Shown: one piece after another, positions 1 to 12,867 of the stretch | Position numbering within the stretch: position 1 is the first letter of the stretch | How the letters are laid out: each line of letters opens with the position of its first letter | Source of the DNA: the human T2T-CHM13v2.0 reference genome, Homo sapiens | Strand: one strand, 5' to 3' | DNA: 64,000 nucleotides | Assembly: GCF_009914755.1 (NCBI RefSeq) | Contig: NC_060931.1 | Notes under the pieces: generated by a model | Seen by the model: only the letters and a program-made list of their open reading frames with translations | Database searches by the model: none | Told to the model about the DNA's origin: nothing | Position numbers and translations under genes: made by a program

Positions 1-1845
1 CTGCGAGCACCTGGGCAAAGGTGCAACAGGGACTCGCAGGGCTGGCCTCAGGAACATAGGGTTCATTTGTGAGGGGTTGGCTGGGGCCACTGCACCACCT
101 GCACCTCACCTGCCACCACTGCAAGGAAAATGCAGACAGGAGGCATGGATGGGGCTGCATGCTCCATGGAGCCAGTGGGAGCCGGGGACAAGCAGGAGCC
201 CTGCCCCTTCCAAGCTGGCAGGGCAGAAGTTCCCCAGGTACAATTGCAACTGTCTAAGCCGGGGCTGCAACCTGGGCACCCCTGTGCTTTTGGAAGCCAG
301 AAGCAGACAGGAGGCCTGCCCTCCCAGGCACAGTTGTGGCAGCCCAAGCCATAGCTGCACACCTAGGCACCTCTGCACTCTTGGTGGCCTGGGAAGACTC
401 CCCATCCCACCACAGGCTCAGAAGTGCCTGCTCCCACTGTCCAGCTTCTCCCTGCTGTCAGCGCCCACTCTGATCAGACAGCAGAGTTGAGGCCAATTCT
501 GGGTGATGTTGCAACCTAGCCAGGTATGTGCACACTTGGGGCAGTGATAACACGCCAGGCCCCTGCCGCCAGGCCCCTTCTGGACTTTGGGCACCAACAA
601 GCCAGGGAGGGAGGCCAAGTGGTAGCTGAGGGCAGCTTGACCCTGGCCTGCAGGTGCCTCTCAGCATGAACAACCTGGGTGCCATGAACAGGAGCAGGAG
701 GCAGACAGGCTCCTGTGTAGAAAGGGGTGGGTACCAATGAAGCGCCACCTTCAAACTGGGGAAGGCCTGAAGCGTGGGGGCCAGGCTGCTGGTCCCACAG
801 ACCTGAGTGGGAACTTGTGGCACATTTTGGGGACCTGCTCATGGCCGTCCATGGACCAATCAGCATGCACTTCATTCTCGCTGAGGCCCATAAAAGCCCC
901 AGACCTCAGCCAGACTAGAAGACATGAGGAGATGACCAACTGCAGAGAGGAGCTACGCACTCTGCTGAGAGCAAAAGAGATGAGGGGATGACCAGCTGCA
1001 TAGAGCAGCTACCCTCTCCCCTGAGAGCAGAAGAGATGACAGAACAACCAGCTGCAAAGAGCTGATACCCTCTCTGTTGAGGAAGAAGAGATGACAGGAC
1101 GACCAGCGGTAGGGAGGAGCTACCCTCTCTGCTAGGAGCTGAACACTCATTGGGACACCCTGGCTACGGAGAGGAGCTACCCACTGCAGGTCTCCTCTGA
1201 GCTATTCTATTGCTCAGTAAAGCTCCTCCTCATCTTGCTCAACTTCTACTTGTCTGTGTACCTCATTCTTCTTGGATGCAAGACAAGAACTAGGCACCTG
1301 CCAAATGGCGGGGCTAAAAGAGCTGTAACATAAACTGGACTGAAACACACGCCTTACTCACAATGTTGCAGGTGACAAGAAGGAGAGAAGAGCTGCAGCC
1401 CTTAAGGGCCCAGACCTAGGAGCTCCCCAAGCCAAGGCTCTGACACCCTCTTTAGGGCTCTAAGGTTCTTGGCATCTCCAAGCATCTGGGTGCCACTGCA
1501 TTCCCCAGTGTCAGCCAAGGAAGCTTCTTATGGTACACCTGGTCCAGCTGTGCTTCATAGGGAGCCAGCACCCATGCCAGTTCCTGGAACTGCCTGCCCC
1601 ACCGCAGCCAGCATGTCTGGCTGTGCAGTGGCTGGACCCCACACTTGCTCACACACCCCTTGCTGCTCTGTGCCTGGCTTGCCCTTGGCACGTATGGTAT
1701 CCAGGCCAGTAGTGTGAGCCAAGTGCAGCCTGCTGGGCCAAGTGGGTGGAATGAGCCCAGTAGGCCAGAGCAAAACTCAGAAAAAGGTGCTACTGGCCAC
1801 AGAGGTTTCTGGCTGGTGAAGTGACACCCCAACGGTATTATAACA
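1..1845 (+). mobile_element. ERV1 LTR, MER52-family (5' part runs off the window)
   Basis: GC-rich LTR with CCAAT (ggaccaatcagc, ~853), cataaaa (~889), AGTAAA (~1216) and a terminus ...gtgacaccccaacggtattataaca that matches the recalled MER52 end. Internal ~55-bp repeats. Confidence 0.75.
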
Positions 1846-2027
1846 TGAGGACACAGAATTCAAGGTGCCATCTTGAAGCAGAGGGAGCCGCTTTCACTCA
1901 ACAATGAACCTACTGGCACCTTGATGTTCAGCTTCCCAGACTCCAGAACTGTGAGAAGTAAATTTCTATTCCTTGTAAGTTACTCAGTCTCAAGTATTTT
2001 GTTATAGCAGCACAAACGACTATGACA
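1846..2027 (+). mobile_element. ERVL-MaLR LTR 3' part (MST/MLT1A-like), interrupted by the MER52 LTR
   Basis: Typical MaLR 3' end: gccatcttgaagcagag...ccagaactgtgagaagtaaatttct...gttatagcagcacaaacgactatgaca. Confidence 0.75.
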
Positions 2028-2038
2028 GTCTCATTATA

Positions 2039-3933
2039 CAGGTTGAGCATCCCTAATCCAAAAACAGAAAATCTAAAATACTCCAAAATCCAAAACTTTT
2101 TGAGCATTGACGTGATACCACATGTGAAATATTCCACACCTTATCTCATGTGACAGGCCACAGTCAAAATGAAAGCACACAACACCCAGTTTGTTCAGTG
2201 TACCCAAGGTAGAAAAGATCCTCCCAGCCCACTTCTGCTGTGACGTATCTTTTCCATTCATGCCCAGATTCCCCCATGCAAGCGCATCCGAAAAGGGTAA
2301 GAAAATGGGACATGGGCAAGTCAGATGCACCAACAAGAGGTTCCCCATAATGCGCCACATGGGGCCAAGACCTATGTTCATTACTCACTGTGTGTGTTTT
2401 TTGTTGTTGTTTCTTCTCTGTTCTGTGGTATAAAGATGTTGTTGAAAATGTCAAAAATAAAAAGCTTGCAGATATTCCTATGTAACCGTGTTAAGAAGAA
2501 GAAGAAGAATGTATGTTTATCTACAGCACACAAAATTAAGCTATTGGAGAAACTGGACAGTGATTTAAATATAGATGTATTTTAAAAGTGTGGTGTTGGA
2601 ATGACCACCACATATTACTTGAAGCAACAGAAAGATAAACAATTAAAATTCTGTGCTGCAAGTGATGAACAGAAGTTAATGAAAAATAGAAAATCACTGC
2701 CCAAATTTAAAACTGAAGATCTCAATGATGTATTGAAAGAGTGTATCCATCAGTGTTGCAGTGAACACATGCAACTTAATGGTATGCTGATCATAAGACA
2801 AGCAAAGATCTATCATGATAAACTGAAAATTTAAGGAAACTGAATATTCAGCAGGCTGGGTGCAGACATTTATGAAAAGACACAGCATTACATTTTTTAA
2901 GACTTGTGATGTTAAAGCATCTTCTGATCACAAAGTAGTAGAGAAATTCACTGATGAGTTTGCCAAAACATGATGAAAATCTGATGCCAGAACAAGTCTA
3001 TAATGCTAATGAAACATTGCTGTTTTGGTGTTATTGCCCTAGAAATGGATATTGAAAGTGTTTTTAACATTGATAATGAGGCTCTAGTTCTTCACTCATT
3101 GACTGATTGTGAAGAGTCAAAATGGTTCCAAATCAAGGTAAGCATGATAGTATTGATGACCAAGATGATGTCGATACTGCAGGAAAAGTGGCTATAGATG
3201 ACATGGTGAAAATGTATGATGGGCTTGTTGAAGGAGTAGAGCATCATGCATTCATAACAGAACAATAAATCATGTCTGTTTATAAAATAAAAAAAAAAAG
3301 ACTACTCAGACAAAAACCATTGTTAATATGGCAGATGACTCTAGAGGAAATATTTTAAAACGTCATTCAGAAGAATGCCTCCTCATTCTACTTAAAAAAA
3401 AGTTGTACAGTAACCTTTCAATCAAAATACAGCATTATAGGTGGAGACCAAAATCCTACCATTGTTAGTTGTTGCTGTTGTTTAAGAGCTCATACGGGTA
3501 TTTTTGGTATTTCTATTCCTCATAAATTACTCTGTCTCCATGTGCTGTTTATTTATTCTGAACACATTATTTTTCACTATACTAATGAGTGAATACATGT
3601 AAGAAAATGTGAATATTCTGCTGAGAATATAAATTCAGAGTCAGGAATGATGGTGATGCCAAACAGTCATAAATGGTTCACATGGGTGGCTGAGATAGTG
3701 ACATTTTTGTTTTCTAATGGTTCAACATATACAAATTGTGTTTCATCCACAATATTATTTAGAATATTGTATGAAATGACCTTTAGGTTATGTGTAAATG
3801 GTCTATATGAAACATAAATATCATGTTTAGACTTGGGTCCCAACCCCAAGATATCTCATTGTGCATATGCAAATATTCCAAAATTTGAAACACTTTTGGT
3901 CCTGAGCATCTTGGACAAGGAATATTCAACCTG
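2039..3933 (+). mobile_element. Tigger4/Zombi (TcMar-Tigger) internally deleted DNA transposon
   Basis: Terminal inverted repeats caggttgagcatccct and ...aggaatattcaacctg, both flanked by TA. Transposase remnants inside. Confidence 0.85.
2490..3045 (+). pseudogene. Frameshifted pogo/Tigger transposase N-terminus (CENP-B-like HTH domains)
   Basis: ORF pieces KKKNVCLSTAHKIKLLEKLD and MTTTYYLKQQKDK...LKECIHQCCSEHMQLNGMLI resemble JRK/TIGD-type DNA-binding domains. Contains stops and frameshifts. Confidence 0.75.
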
Positions 3934-3957
3934 TATAACTAAAATTGTATTAAAATA

Positions 3958-4276
3958 CAATAGTCCTCCCTTATCCACGTTTTCACTTTCCACAATTCAG
4001 TTACCCATGGTACAGTGCAGTAAGACATTTTGAGAGAGAGAAAGAGAAAGAGAAAAATGGCACACTCACATAGTTTTTATCACGGTATAGTGTTATAATT
4101 GTTCTATTTTATTACTGTTAATCTCCTACCGTGCCTAATTTACAAATTAAATTTAATCATAGGTACGTACATATAGGAAAAAAAAACAGTATATATAAAG
4201 TTTGCTACCATGCACGGTTTCAGGCATCCACTGGAGGGCTTGGAATGTATTCCCTGAAAACAAGGGGGGACTATTG
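3958..4276. mobile_element. MER2 (TcMar-Tigger MITE)
   Basis: TIRs caatagtcctcccttatcc and caaggggggactattg, with a MER2-like interior. Confidence 0.8.
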
Positions 4277-4288
4277 CATAGCAATTTT

Positions 4289-7200
4289 TTAAAAAATTTA
4301 TTAATTCATAATATGTGTATATTTTATAGGGCACATATGATATTGTTACATGCATAGAAACTGTAATGATCAAATCAGGGCATGTAGGGTATCCATCGCC
4401 CTAAATATTTATCATTTCTATGTGTTGGGAACACTTCAAGTCCTCTTTTCTAGCTATTTTAAAACATGCAATACATTGATGTTAGTAGCTTCAGTCACCT
4501 TACTTTGCTAGGGAACATTGTGATTTATTCAATCTATATAACGGTATGTTTGTATCTATTAACCAACCTGTCTTTGTCTCTATCCCACCCCTACCCTGGT
4601 ACACCTTTCCCTGCCTCTGGTAACTATTATTCTACTCTACCTCAACGAGATAAATATTTAAGCCCCCACATAAGAGTGAAAACATGCAATATTTGTCTTT
4701 CTGTGCCTGGCTTATCTCACTTAACAAAATGACCTCCTGCTCCATCCACATTGCTGCAAATGGCAAGATTTCATTTTTTTAATAGTTGAATAGTAATCCA
4801 TTGTGTATATATAGCACATGTTATTTATTCATTCATCTGTTAAGTAATAAACTTAGGGAGATTCCATATTTTGGCTATTGTGAACAGTGCTGCAATGAAC
4901 ATGAGGGTGCCAGTATCCCTCTTATACACTGATTTCATTTTTTATTGGAATAAATACCCAGGAGTAGGGTTGCTGTATTGTATTGTAGTTCTATTTTTAG
5001 GTTTTTTTTGAGATATCTCCATACTATTTTCTACACATAATGGATGTTCTAATTCATATTTCCACCAACAGTATACAAGAGTTCCCTTTTCTCTGCACCC
5101 TTGCCAGCATCTGTTCTTTTTTAAATCTCTTTAATAATAGCCATTTTACCTGGGGTAAGTTAATATTTCATTGTGGTTTTGATTTGCATTTCTCTGGTGA
5201 CTGGTGAAGTTGAATATTTTTTTCATATACCTATGGACAATTTGTATATCTTCTTTTGAGAAATGTCTATGTCCTTTGCCCACTTTTTAATGGAATTATT
5301 GCTACTTGTCAGATAAATAATTTGCAAATATTCTCTCCCACTCAACAGATTGTCTCTTTACTGTTGATTATTTCCTTTGCTGTGCAGAAGCATTTTAGTT
5401 TAATTTACTCCTATTTGTTTTTGCTTCCTGTACTTTTAGAGTCTTAGCCATAAAACCTTTGCCTAGACCAATGTCATGTAGTGTGTCCCCTGTGTTTTCT
5501 TCTAGTAGTTTTATAGTTTCAAGTCTTTTGTTCAGGTCTCTAGTCCATTTTGAGTTGATTTTTGTGTATGGTCCAAGATAAGGGTTTATTTTCATTCTTC
5601 TGCCTATAGATATCCACTTTTCCCAGCACCATTTATTAAAGAGAGTATTATTTCTCAAAAATATGCTCTTGCATTTGCCTATAAATGTGGATTTATTTCT
5701 GGATTCTCTATTCTATTCCATTGGTCTATGTTCCTGTTTTTATACTAATATCGTGCTATTTGGGCTACTAGATCCTTGTAACATATTTTAAATTCAGGTA
5801 GTATGATGCCTCCATCCAGCTTTGTTTTTTTGTTGTAGTTTTTTTGTTTTGCTCAGGATTGCTTTGGCTATTTGAGCTCTTCAATTTCATACAAGTTTTA
5901 ATTTTTTTCTATTTCTATGAAAAATGACATTCCTATTTTGATAGAGATTGCATTGAATATGTAGATTGCTTTGGGTTGTATGGTGACTTTAACAACGTGA
6001 ATTCTTTCAATCCATGAGCATTGGAATTTTTTCATTTATTTGTGTCCTCATCAATTTCTTTCATCAGCGTTTTATAGTTTTCCTTTAGATCTTTCATCTC
6101 CTTGGTTAGATTTATTCCTAGGTATTTTTTGTAGTTTTTATAAATGAGACTGCCCTCTTGATTTCTTTTTCAGCTATCTCATTATTACTGTATAGAAGTG
6201 CTATTCATTTTATATGTTGATTTTTGAATCCTTCAAATTACTGAATTTTAAAAATCAGATCCAAGAGTTTTTTGATGGAATCGTTTTTTCTAAATATATG
6301 ATTATGCCATCTCCAAAGTGGGACAATTTGACTTTCTCTTTTCCACTTTAGATGCCTTTCACTTTTTTCTCTTGCCTTATTGCTCTAGCTAGGACTTCCA
6401 GTACTATGTAGGAGTGGTGAAAGTGAGCGTCCTTGTTTTGTTTTCATTCCTAGAGGAAAGGCTTTCAGCTTTTCCCACTTCGGTATAGTATTGGCTGTGG
6501 GTTTGTCTTATATGGGCTGTATTATATTGACATGTATTACTCCTATGCTCTGTTGGTTGAGTATTTTTAACATGAGGAAATGCTGAATTTTATCACATGC
6601 TTTTTCTGCATCTATTGAGATAATCATATGGTTTTTGTCCTTCATTCTGTTGATGTGATGTATCATGTTTATTGATATACATATGTTGAACCATCCTGGC
6701 ATCTATAGAATAAATCCCACTTGATCATGGTGTATTAACTTTTTGATGGGATACTAGATTTGGTTTGCTAGTATTTTGTTGAAGATTTTTTGTATCTATA
6801 TTCATCAGGGATACTTGCCTGTAGTTTTCTTTTTGTTGTTGTGTCCTTGTTTGGTTTAGTATCAGGGTAATGGTCTCATAGAATGAGTCAGGATGAATTC
6901 TTTTCTGCTTAGGTTTTGAAATAGTTTGAGGTGAACTATTAGTTTTTTTCACATAAGTTTAGTAGAATTTGGTAGCGAATACAGTCCTTCGCTCTTCTTT
7001 GTTGGAAGACTTATTACTGTTTTAATCTCATTACTCCTTTGGTCGGTTTCAGTTTTCTATTTCATTCTGATTGAATCTCGAAAATTTCAAATTGAATTTG
7101 AATTTTTTTTACTTTTGAGTGTAGACATTTATTACCATAAAATTTCCTCTTATACTACTTTTGCTGTATTCTATAGGTTTTGTAAGGTTGTGCTTCCATT

Positions 7201-9721
7201 TTCATTTGTTTCAAAAAGTTTTTATTTCCTTCTAAATTTTCTAAACCATTTTTCCAATGGTTGTTCAGCAGCATTTTATTTATTTATTTTTAGAGACAGG
7301 ATCTCATTCAGTCACCTATGCTGGAGTGTAGTAATGTAATTGTGGCTCACTGCAGCCTCAAACTCCTGGGCTCAAGCAATCCTCCTGCTTCAGCCTACTG
7401 AGTAGCTGAGACTATAGGTGTGTGCCACTATCCCCAACAAATATTTTAATTTTTTTGTAGAGATAGGATCTCACTGTGTTTCTTACACTGGTCTCCAACT
7501 CCTGGACTCAGCTGATCCCTCCACTTCGGCCTCCCAAAGCACTGGGATTATAAGCATGACCCAACACACCCAGCCATAAGAATGTTATATAATTACCATG
7601 TATTTGTACAGTTTCCAAAGTTCTCCTGTTATTGATTCTAGTTTTATTCTACTGTGGTCTGAGAAGATACTTGGTATAATTTTAATTTTTTAAAATTTGT
7701 TGAGACTTGTTTTCTGTCCTAGAATATGATCTATCCTGAAGAATGTGCCATGTGCTGATGAGAAGGATGTGTATTCTGAAGCTATTAGATAAAATGTTCT
7801 ATAGATGTCTGCTAGGTCTACTTTGTCTAATGTGTTGTTTAAATCCAATGGGTTTTTTCTTAAATTTTTTTATCTACGTGATCTAATGCTAAAAGTGGGA
7901 TATCAAAGTCCCCAACTATTATTGTATTGGAGCTTATTTCTCCCTTTACTTCTAATAATGTTTGCTCTATGTATCTGTGTGTTCTCGTGTTGAATGCGTA
8001 TATATTTAGAATTGTTATATTCTCTTGCTAAATTGATTTTTTATCATTATATTATGACCTCCTTTGTCTCTTTCTACTGTTTTTCACTTAAATGCTGTTT
8101 AATCTGATATGTTAATTACTCATACTTGCTTTTGGTTTCTATTTGCATAAACTATCCTTTTCCATCCCTTTCAGTCTCTATGTGTCTTCACAAATGAAGT
8201 GAGTTTCTTACAGGCAGCAAATAGTTGGATCACATTTTTTAGCCATTTAGCCATTTTTTATCTTTTTAGTGAAAAAATTAATCCATTTATATTCAAGATT
8301 ATTGTTGGAATATGAGGACTTATTCCAGCCATTTTGTTAATTGTTTTCTGGTTCTTTTATATATCCTTTGTTCCTTTCATTCTTTTCTATTATCACTGTG
8401 ACTTGGTGTTTTTCTGTAGTGGTAACATTTGAGACTTTTTTCTGCCTCATTTGCATGTTTGGCCTACTTGTGAATTTTATACTTTCATGTATCTTCATGA
8501 TGGTACACATTGTAGGTAGATTTTGCTTCCAAGTGTAGAACCCCCTTTAACATTTTTTGTAGAGCTGGTCTAGTGAAAATTTTCCTCAGTTTCTACTTGT
8601 CTGGGAAAAACTATTTTTCCTTCATTTAGGAAGGATAACTTTTCTGGGTATAGTATTTTTGGCTGAAAGTTTTTTTTTGTTTCTTTTAAGCACTTTGAAT
8701 ATCATCCCATTCTCTCCTGTCCCATAAGTTTTCTGCTGAGAAATCCAGTGTTATTTGGATGGGGTTTTCTTTATATGTGACTGGATGCTTTAACCTTGCT
8801 GTTTTTAAAATTCTCTTTGACTTTTGACATTTTTATTATAATATGCCATGGATAAAACCTTTTTGGTTTGTATCTATTTGGATATCACTGAGCTTCCTGT
8901 AGGTAGATGCCTAAATCTCTTGCCAGACTTGGGAAGTTTTCAGGTATTATTTTATTAAACATGTTTTCTATGATTTGGGGGTTTCTCTTTACCTTTTGAA
9001 ACTGTCTTCCAGTGCTGAAATTATTTCTTCTGCTTGATCAGGCAGGTTTCTGTCTCTGAGAAGCATGCAATTTGAATCCCTTTGTTCTGGGGTCAGCCTC
9101 CCAGTGTTCTGTACTGCCTATTCTCTGGGGTGCAGGACATTGTGTGTGCTAAAGTGCTGAAGACTGTTCCCTGTTCCTTTGCTGGGTCCAACTGGTGTTG
9201 CATTGCTGCAGCCACTCAGGTGAACATGATAGAATGCCAGTGGGACTCCAGGCATGGGAAGATGCAGGGACTATTGGGCCCCAGGGCAGAACGCAGTGTG
9301 GTAGCAGCTGGGCTCTCAAAATGGCACCATGTTGTAGTTGTTCAGGATTTTGAGGTGGTGTGGGACACAGAGTGAGCTCTCTCTCTGGATAAATGTCATT
9401 GTGCAGTCTTTCATCATCTCCCTATGCTAGTCTCAGGGCTTATAATGGTAAAAGAGCTTTCCTATGACTAGGGTTGCAGGAGTACATGGTGGGAATCTGG
9501 ACTGCTGAAGATCTCTCACTTACTCTGTTTCCCTGAAGTGGGAAGCCTTTCAGCTCTCAGCTAATCCTGGCACAGCTGGCTTCCTTGCTTCCCTTTTCTT
9601 CTGTGTCTCAGATGTTTCCTGCCACTTCTCTGTTGAATCCTAGTGATCTTCTTGATTTTTGTTGTTTGTGAAAAACAGTGAGTGCCAGATGTCCTAGTCT
9701 GCCATCTTTAGGCCCCTTCCT
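4289..9721 (-). mobile_element. L1MA-type LINE-1 with both ends retained and internal deletions
   Basis: L1MA 3'UTR at left. ORF2 fragments include LFNKWCWEKW and [33 protein letters not shown]. The 5' end has a YY1-like gccatctt (~9701). TSD atagcaatttt at 4278-4288 and 9722-9732. Confidence 0.85.
7275..7575 (-). mobile_element. AluJ-type SINE inside the L1
   Basis: Dimeric Alu with T-rich tail and diverged J-like cagcctcaaactcctgggctcaagc. Confidence 0.9.
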
Positions 9722-10437
9722 ATAGCAATTTTGAGGTTTGAGCTACTACTGAGGATGTTTTCATCCATTTTTTAATACTTTTTAAAGTTTTTGCAAGTAA
9801 TGTCTTAACTGTTTTGCCATTTATTCATAGTTAAAAAATATGAATTACTTTATATTTTCAATACCCCTAAATTATTTTAATGAAGTTGATTTTCCCAAGG
9901 TAAATTACTGCATATTTTTCTTACATCTAAGCTTTTATTACTGAACCACAAAAATTAACAGGCTGTTGACTACAAAACTTATTTCTTATACTCATAATAT
10001 GGTATAAAAATTTACCACACAATATGCTTATTTTATTTTTAATTAGGCATCAAAACATTTAAACTAGAGAGAAATTCCTCTACAAATCCTTAAAGATAAA
10101 TAGGTTTTCAGGGCTTTATACAAATTTAGTAAATTAGTTCAAAAACTATTTAAAGGAAAAAAAATAGTCTATATTTTTTTAAAAGCCCTGTTAATATGGA
10201 TGCTGTCAATGGAAATGTGGTTAAATGTCAAAAGTGATTTGAAGAAATAGGAAAAAAAGGTATTAGATCTGTAAAGGAGGAATTTCAGTAATCTATCTTG
10301 GATTTACAAGAGAAGAGGTATATATCCAAAGAAATTAAGTGTAGCAGGTATAGAGTTATAAATTCTAAAGTAATTTTCTGACTTGTATAACTCTTCTAGG
10401 TTGTTGGAGTAGAAAACAGAAATATAATTGTAACAAA

Positions 10438-10900
10438 TCAGTCAGGGTCCTGGTAAGAAACACATATGTACTCAAGTTTGGTCATGAAGGGGAATTTATA
10501 GAATGACTCTACAACGGTGAAAGCATGGTTTAGAAAAAGCATCAAGGCATCATGCACCAGTCCTGTGGAAATAACAATGGAGTACCAATACTAGTCATAG
10601 GTTTAGAGCGGCCAGGGGAGGTAGCTAATGTGAGATCCCGAAGAAGCCATATATAGGAGGTTTCCTGATAGCAGACCAGACAACAAGATATGATGAAGCA
10701 TAGAAAAATCTGAATGAATGGATATCTTGACATTATTCTCTTCCCTGACTGCAATCTACGGGCTTGGTCCAATGGGATGAAGCCAAAGCCTGCGGGCAAA
10801 GAAATCACAGATTTCCCCTGAGTTCAGCCTCTTGGGGCACAGAACTGGGTAGAGAAAGATAGAGCAGGTAACTGTAGAGACATGCAGAACATGTAAAGCA
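10438..10900 (-). mobile_element. LTR33-like ERVL LTR
   Basis: atcagtcagggtcctggtaagaaac at left and cagcctcttggggcacagaactgggtagag at right match the reverse complement of the recalled LTR33 ends. Confidence 0.6.
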
Positions 10901-11849
10901 TGTCACTGGAAACAAAACAAAAATGAATATCTCAAAAGAAGTACCCTCTCACAGGAATAATTTATTAAAAGTGTTCAAATAAAATATAAAATATTAATAG
11001 CTAAAGTGAGGTTTTAACGGGTTTAATTTACTTCATCACACATCTCTGATGTGTCTCACAAGTTTTTAAATACTATGGAAAAATTTAATCAGAAATATGA
11101 AAATTGCTTTAGAAAAAATTAACCTTCTTAATGACTATGTAATAAGCCATCAGACTTTAAAATGTTGCTGCATGGTAACTGGCTTGGCATGATTGTCCAA
11201 GTTCTGTGGGATTCAATATGAGTGCTGTGAAGTGAAATGAAAGGATATGGTGAAACAGAGTTTCTCAATTGATTTTAATAGCCTTTGAAATTAGAAATAG
11301 ATGTTCTCTGACAAATAGCTTAACCTCAATTTTCAGTTGAAGTTTTCTTGCACTGTAGCTTTTCAAACAAGTTCTGATACTAAAGAAAAGTGAACTTTAT
11401 ATATGTAGCTTTATCTCTTGTTAATTATACGTTATCCCTAACCCATTTCCTAATTTTAAAAAAATCATATTCCAGAATAGTGGATATTGAAAAATAATTA
11501 CAATTAAGATTCTTTAAATTTTGATTGCATTTAGAACTTGTGTTTCTGCAGTACTTTAAAATCCTGCACATCAATCCAGCATCACAGCACTGAATTCTTT
11601 CCTTATCAATGTGATAATTGATGTGTGGTTTATTATTAAAACAGTTTAAATGTGTACCTATGTAGCATAAAGTGGTGATTTATAGATTATCAAATTAATT
11701 ATTTACATTAACTTTATATGTAATTATATATTATATAGTTATATAAAGATTATTATAATTAATTACTCTTGCTAGTTACAATTTTGGGTAAATTATCACT
11801 TTGTGCTAAGTAAAAATAAATACTGTCTACCTATGTAAATATATTTTTT

Positions 11850-12325
11850 GTAGCAAATACTTTTAGTTGCCTACTCAATATTTATTCTTTTTTGCTGCTT
11901 ACTAACAAAACCTCAATTTTGTTTGTAGTAACAGTGTGTCCAACTATATAACTTAATTACTCTGGAGTAGATTTTAGTTTACAAATTCTTTCTCGTAAAA
12001 CAAAAGTTGATGATTCCTTGGAACACTTTTGCTTTCCTAAAGAGGCACTGCTTTGTCCTCATTCTTCCTTCCTGAAACAGATGTAAGCCTGGATATAAGC
12101 AACTATCATAGGATCATGAGTCAGCCAGATTGAGAAAGGCAATTGAATGCTTAGATGATAGAGTAGAAAGAGTAGGAGCCCAGGCCACTGATTATATCAC
12201 AGAACCACAGTATCACACCCAGACTCTCAACCTCTGAAATTGTTATGTCAGAAAAATTATTCCTATTTGTTAAGCTACAATTGTTAGGTTTTCTGCTATC
12301 ATCAGCTGAATGCAATTTTAACATT
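11850..12325 (+). mobile_element. MLT1J-like MaLR LTR
   Basis: Start tgtagcaaatacttttagttgcctactcaa and end ttaagctacaattgttaggttttctgct...gctgaatgca are typical of old MLT1 LTRs. Confidence 0.55.
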
Positions 12326-12329
12326 ACCA

Positions 12330-12655
12330 TATAGATGCATATAATCTATAGATTATATGTGTTATATATAATGCAACTTTAACATTACCATATAGATGCA
12401 TGTAATCTACCATCTATAGGTTATTGCATTATATATAATGCATATATTTTATATATTTATACATATTAAACTAGAGAGAAATTCCTCTATAAATCCTTAA
12501 AGAAAAATGAATTTTCAAGGCTTTATACAAATTTACAAATATATTCATATACAAATGTATATAAATATATTTTATAATATATATTTATATAAATACAAAT
12601 ATTTTATATAATACACATGTTTATATTTATAATAAATATATGATGTATATATAAT
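12330..12655. repeat. AT-rich/(TA)n low-complexity tract
   Basis: Direct composition: alternating TA-rich runs. Confidence 0.8.
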
Positions 12656-12684
12656 CTCCATGTTTTGCATGCTTTCCAGACTTC

Positions 12685-12790
12685 ACTGTGCATACAAAAT
12701 ACCTGAAGGTCTTGTTAAAAAATGTAGATCATGACTTAGTATGTCTTTGGCAGGACCTGGAATTCTGCATTTCTAACAAGCTGCATCAGG
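12685..12790. mobile_element. MER5A-like hAT-Charlie fragment
   Basis: Motifs cttgttaaaaatgtagat...ggaattctgcatttctaacaagct. Confidence 0.55.
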
Positions 12791-12867
12791 GGGTGTTAAT
12801 TTATTGGCATTGTTATCTTACCATGTACACAAGAAAAATGGGCTCCAACTTCAAGGAAAAAATTAGA

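Noticed and set aside
925-1200. CRISPR-like repeat array
   Set aside because: The units are diverged tandem copies without unique spacers, in primate LTR context with no cas genes.
63-1832. Many overlapping 60-137 aa ORFs
   Set aside because: All lie in a GC-rich LTR, on both strands, with no domain signatures. They are expected by chance.
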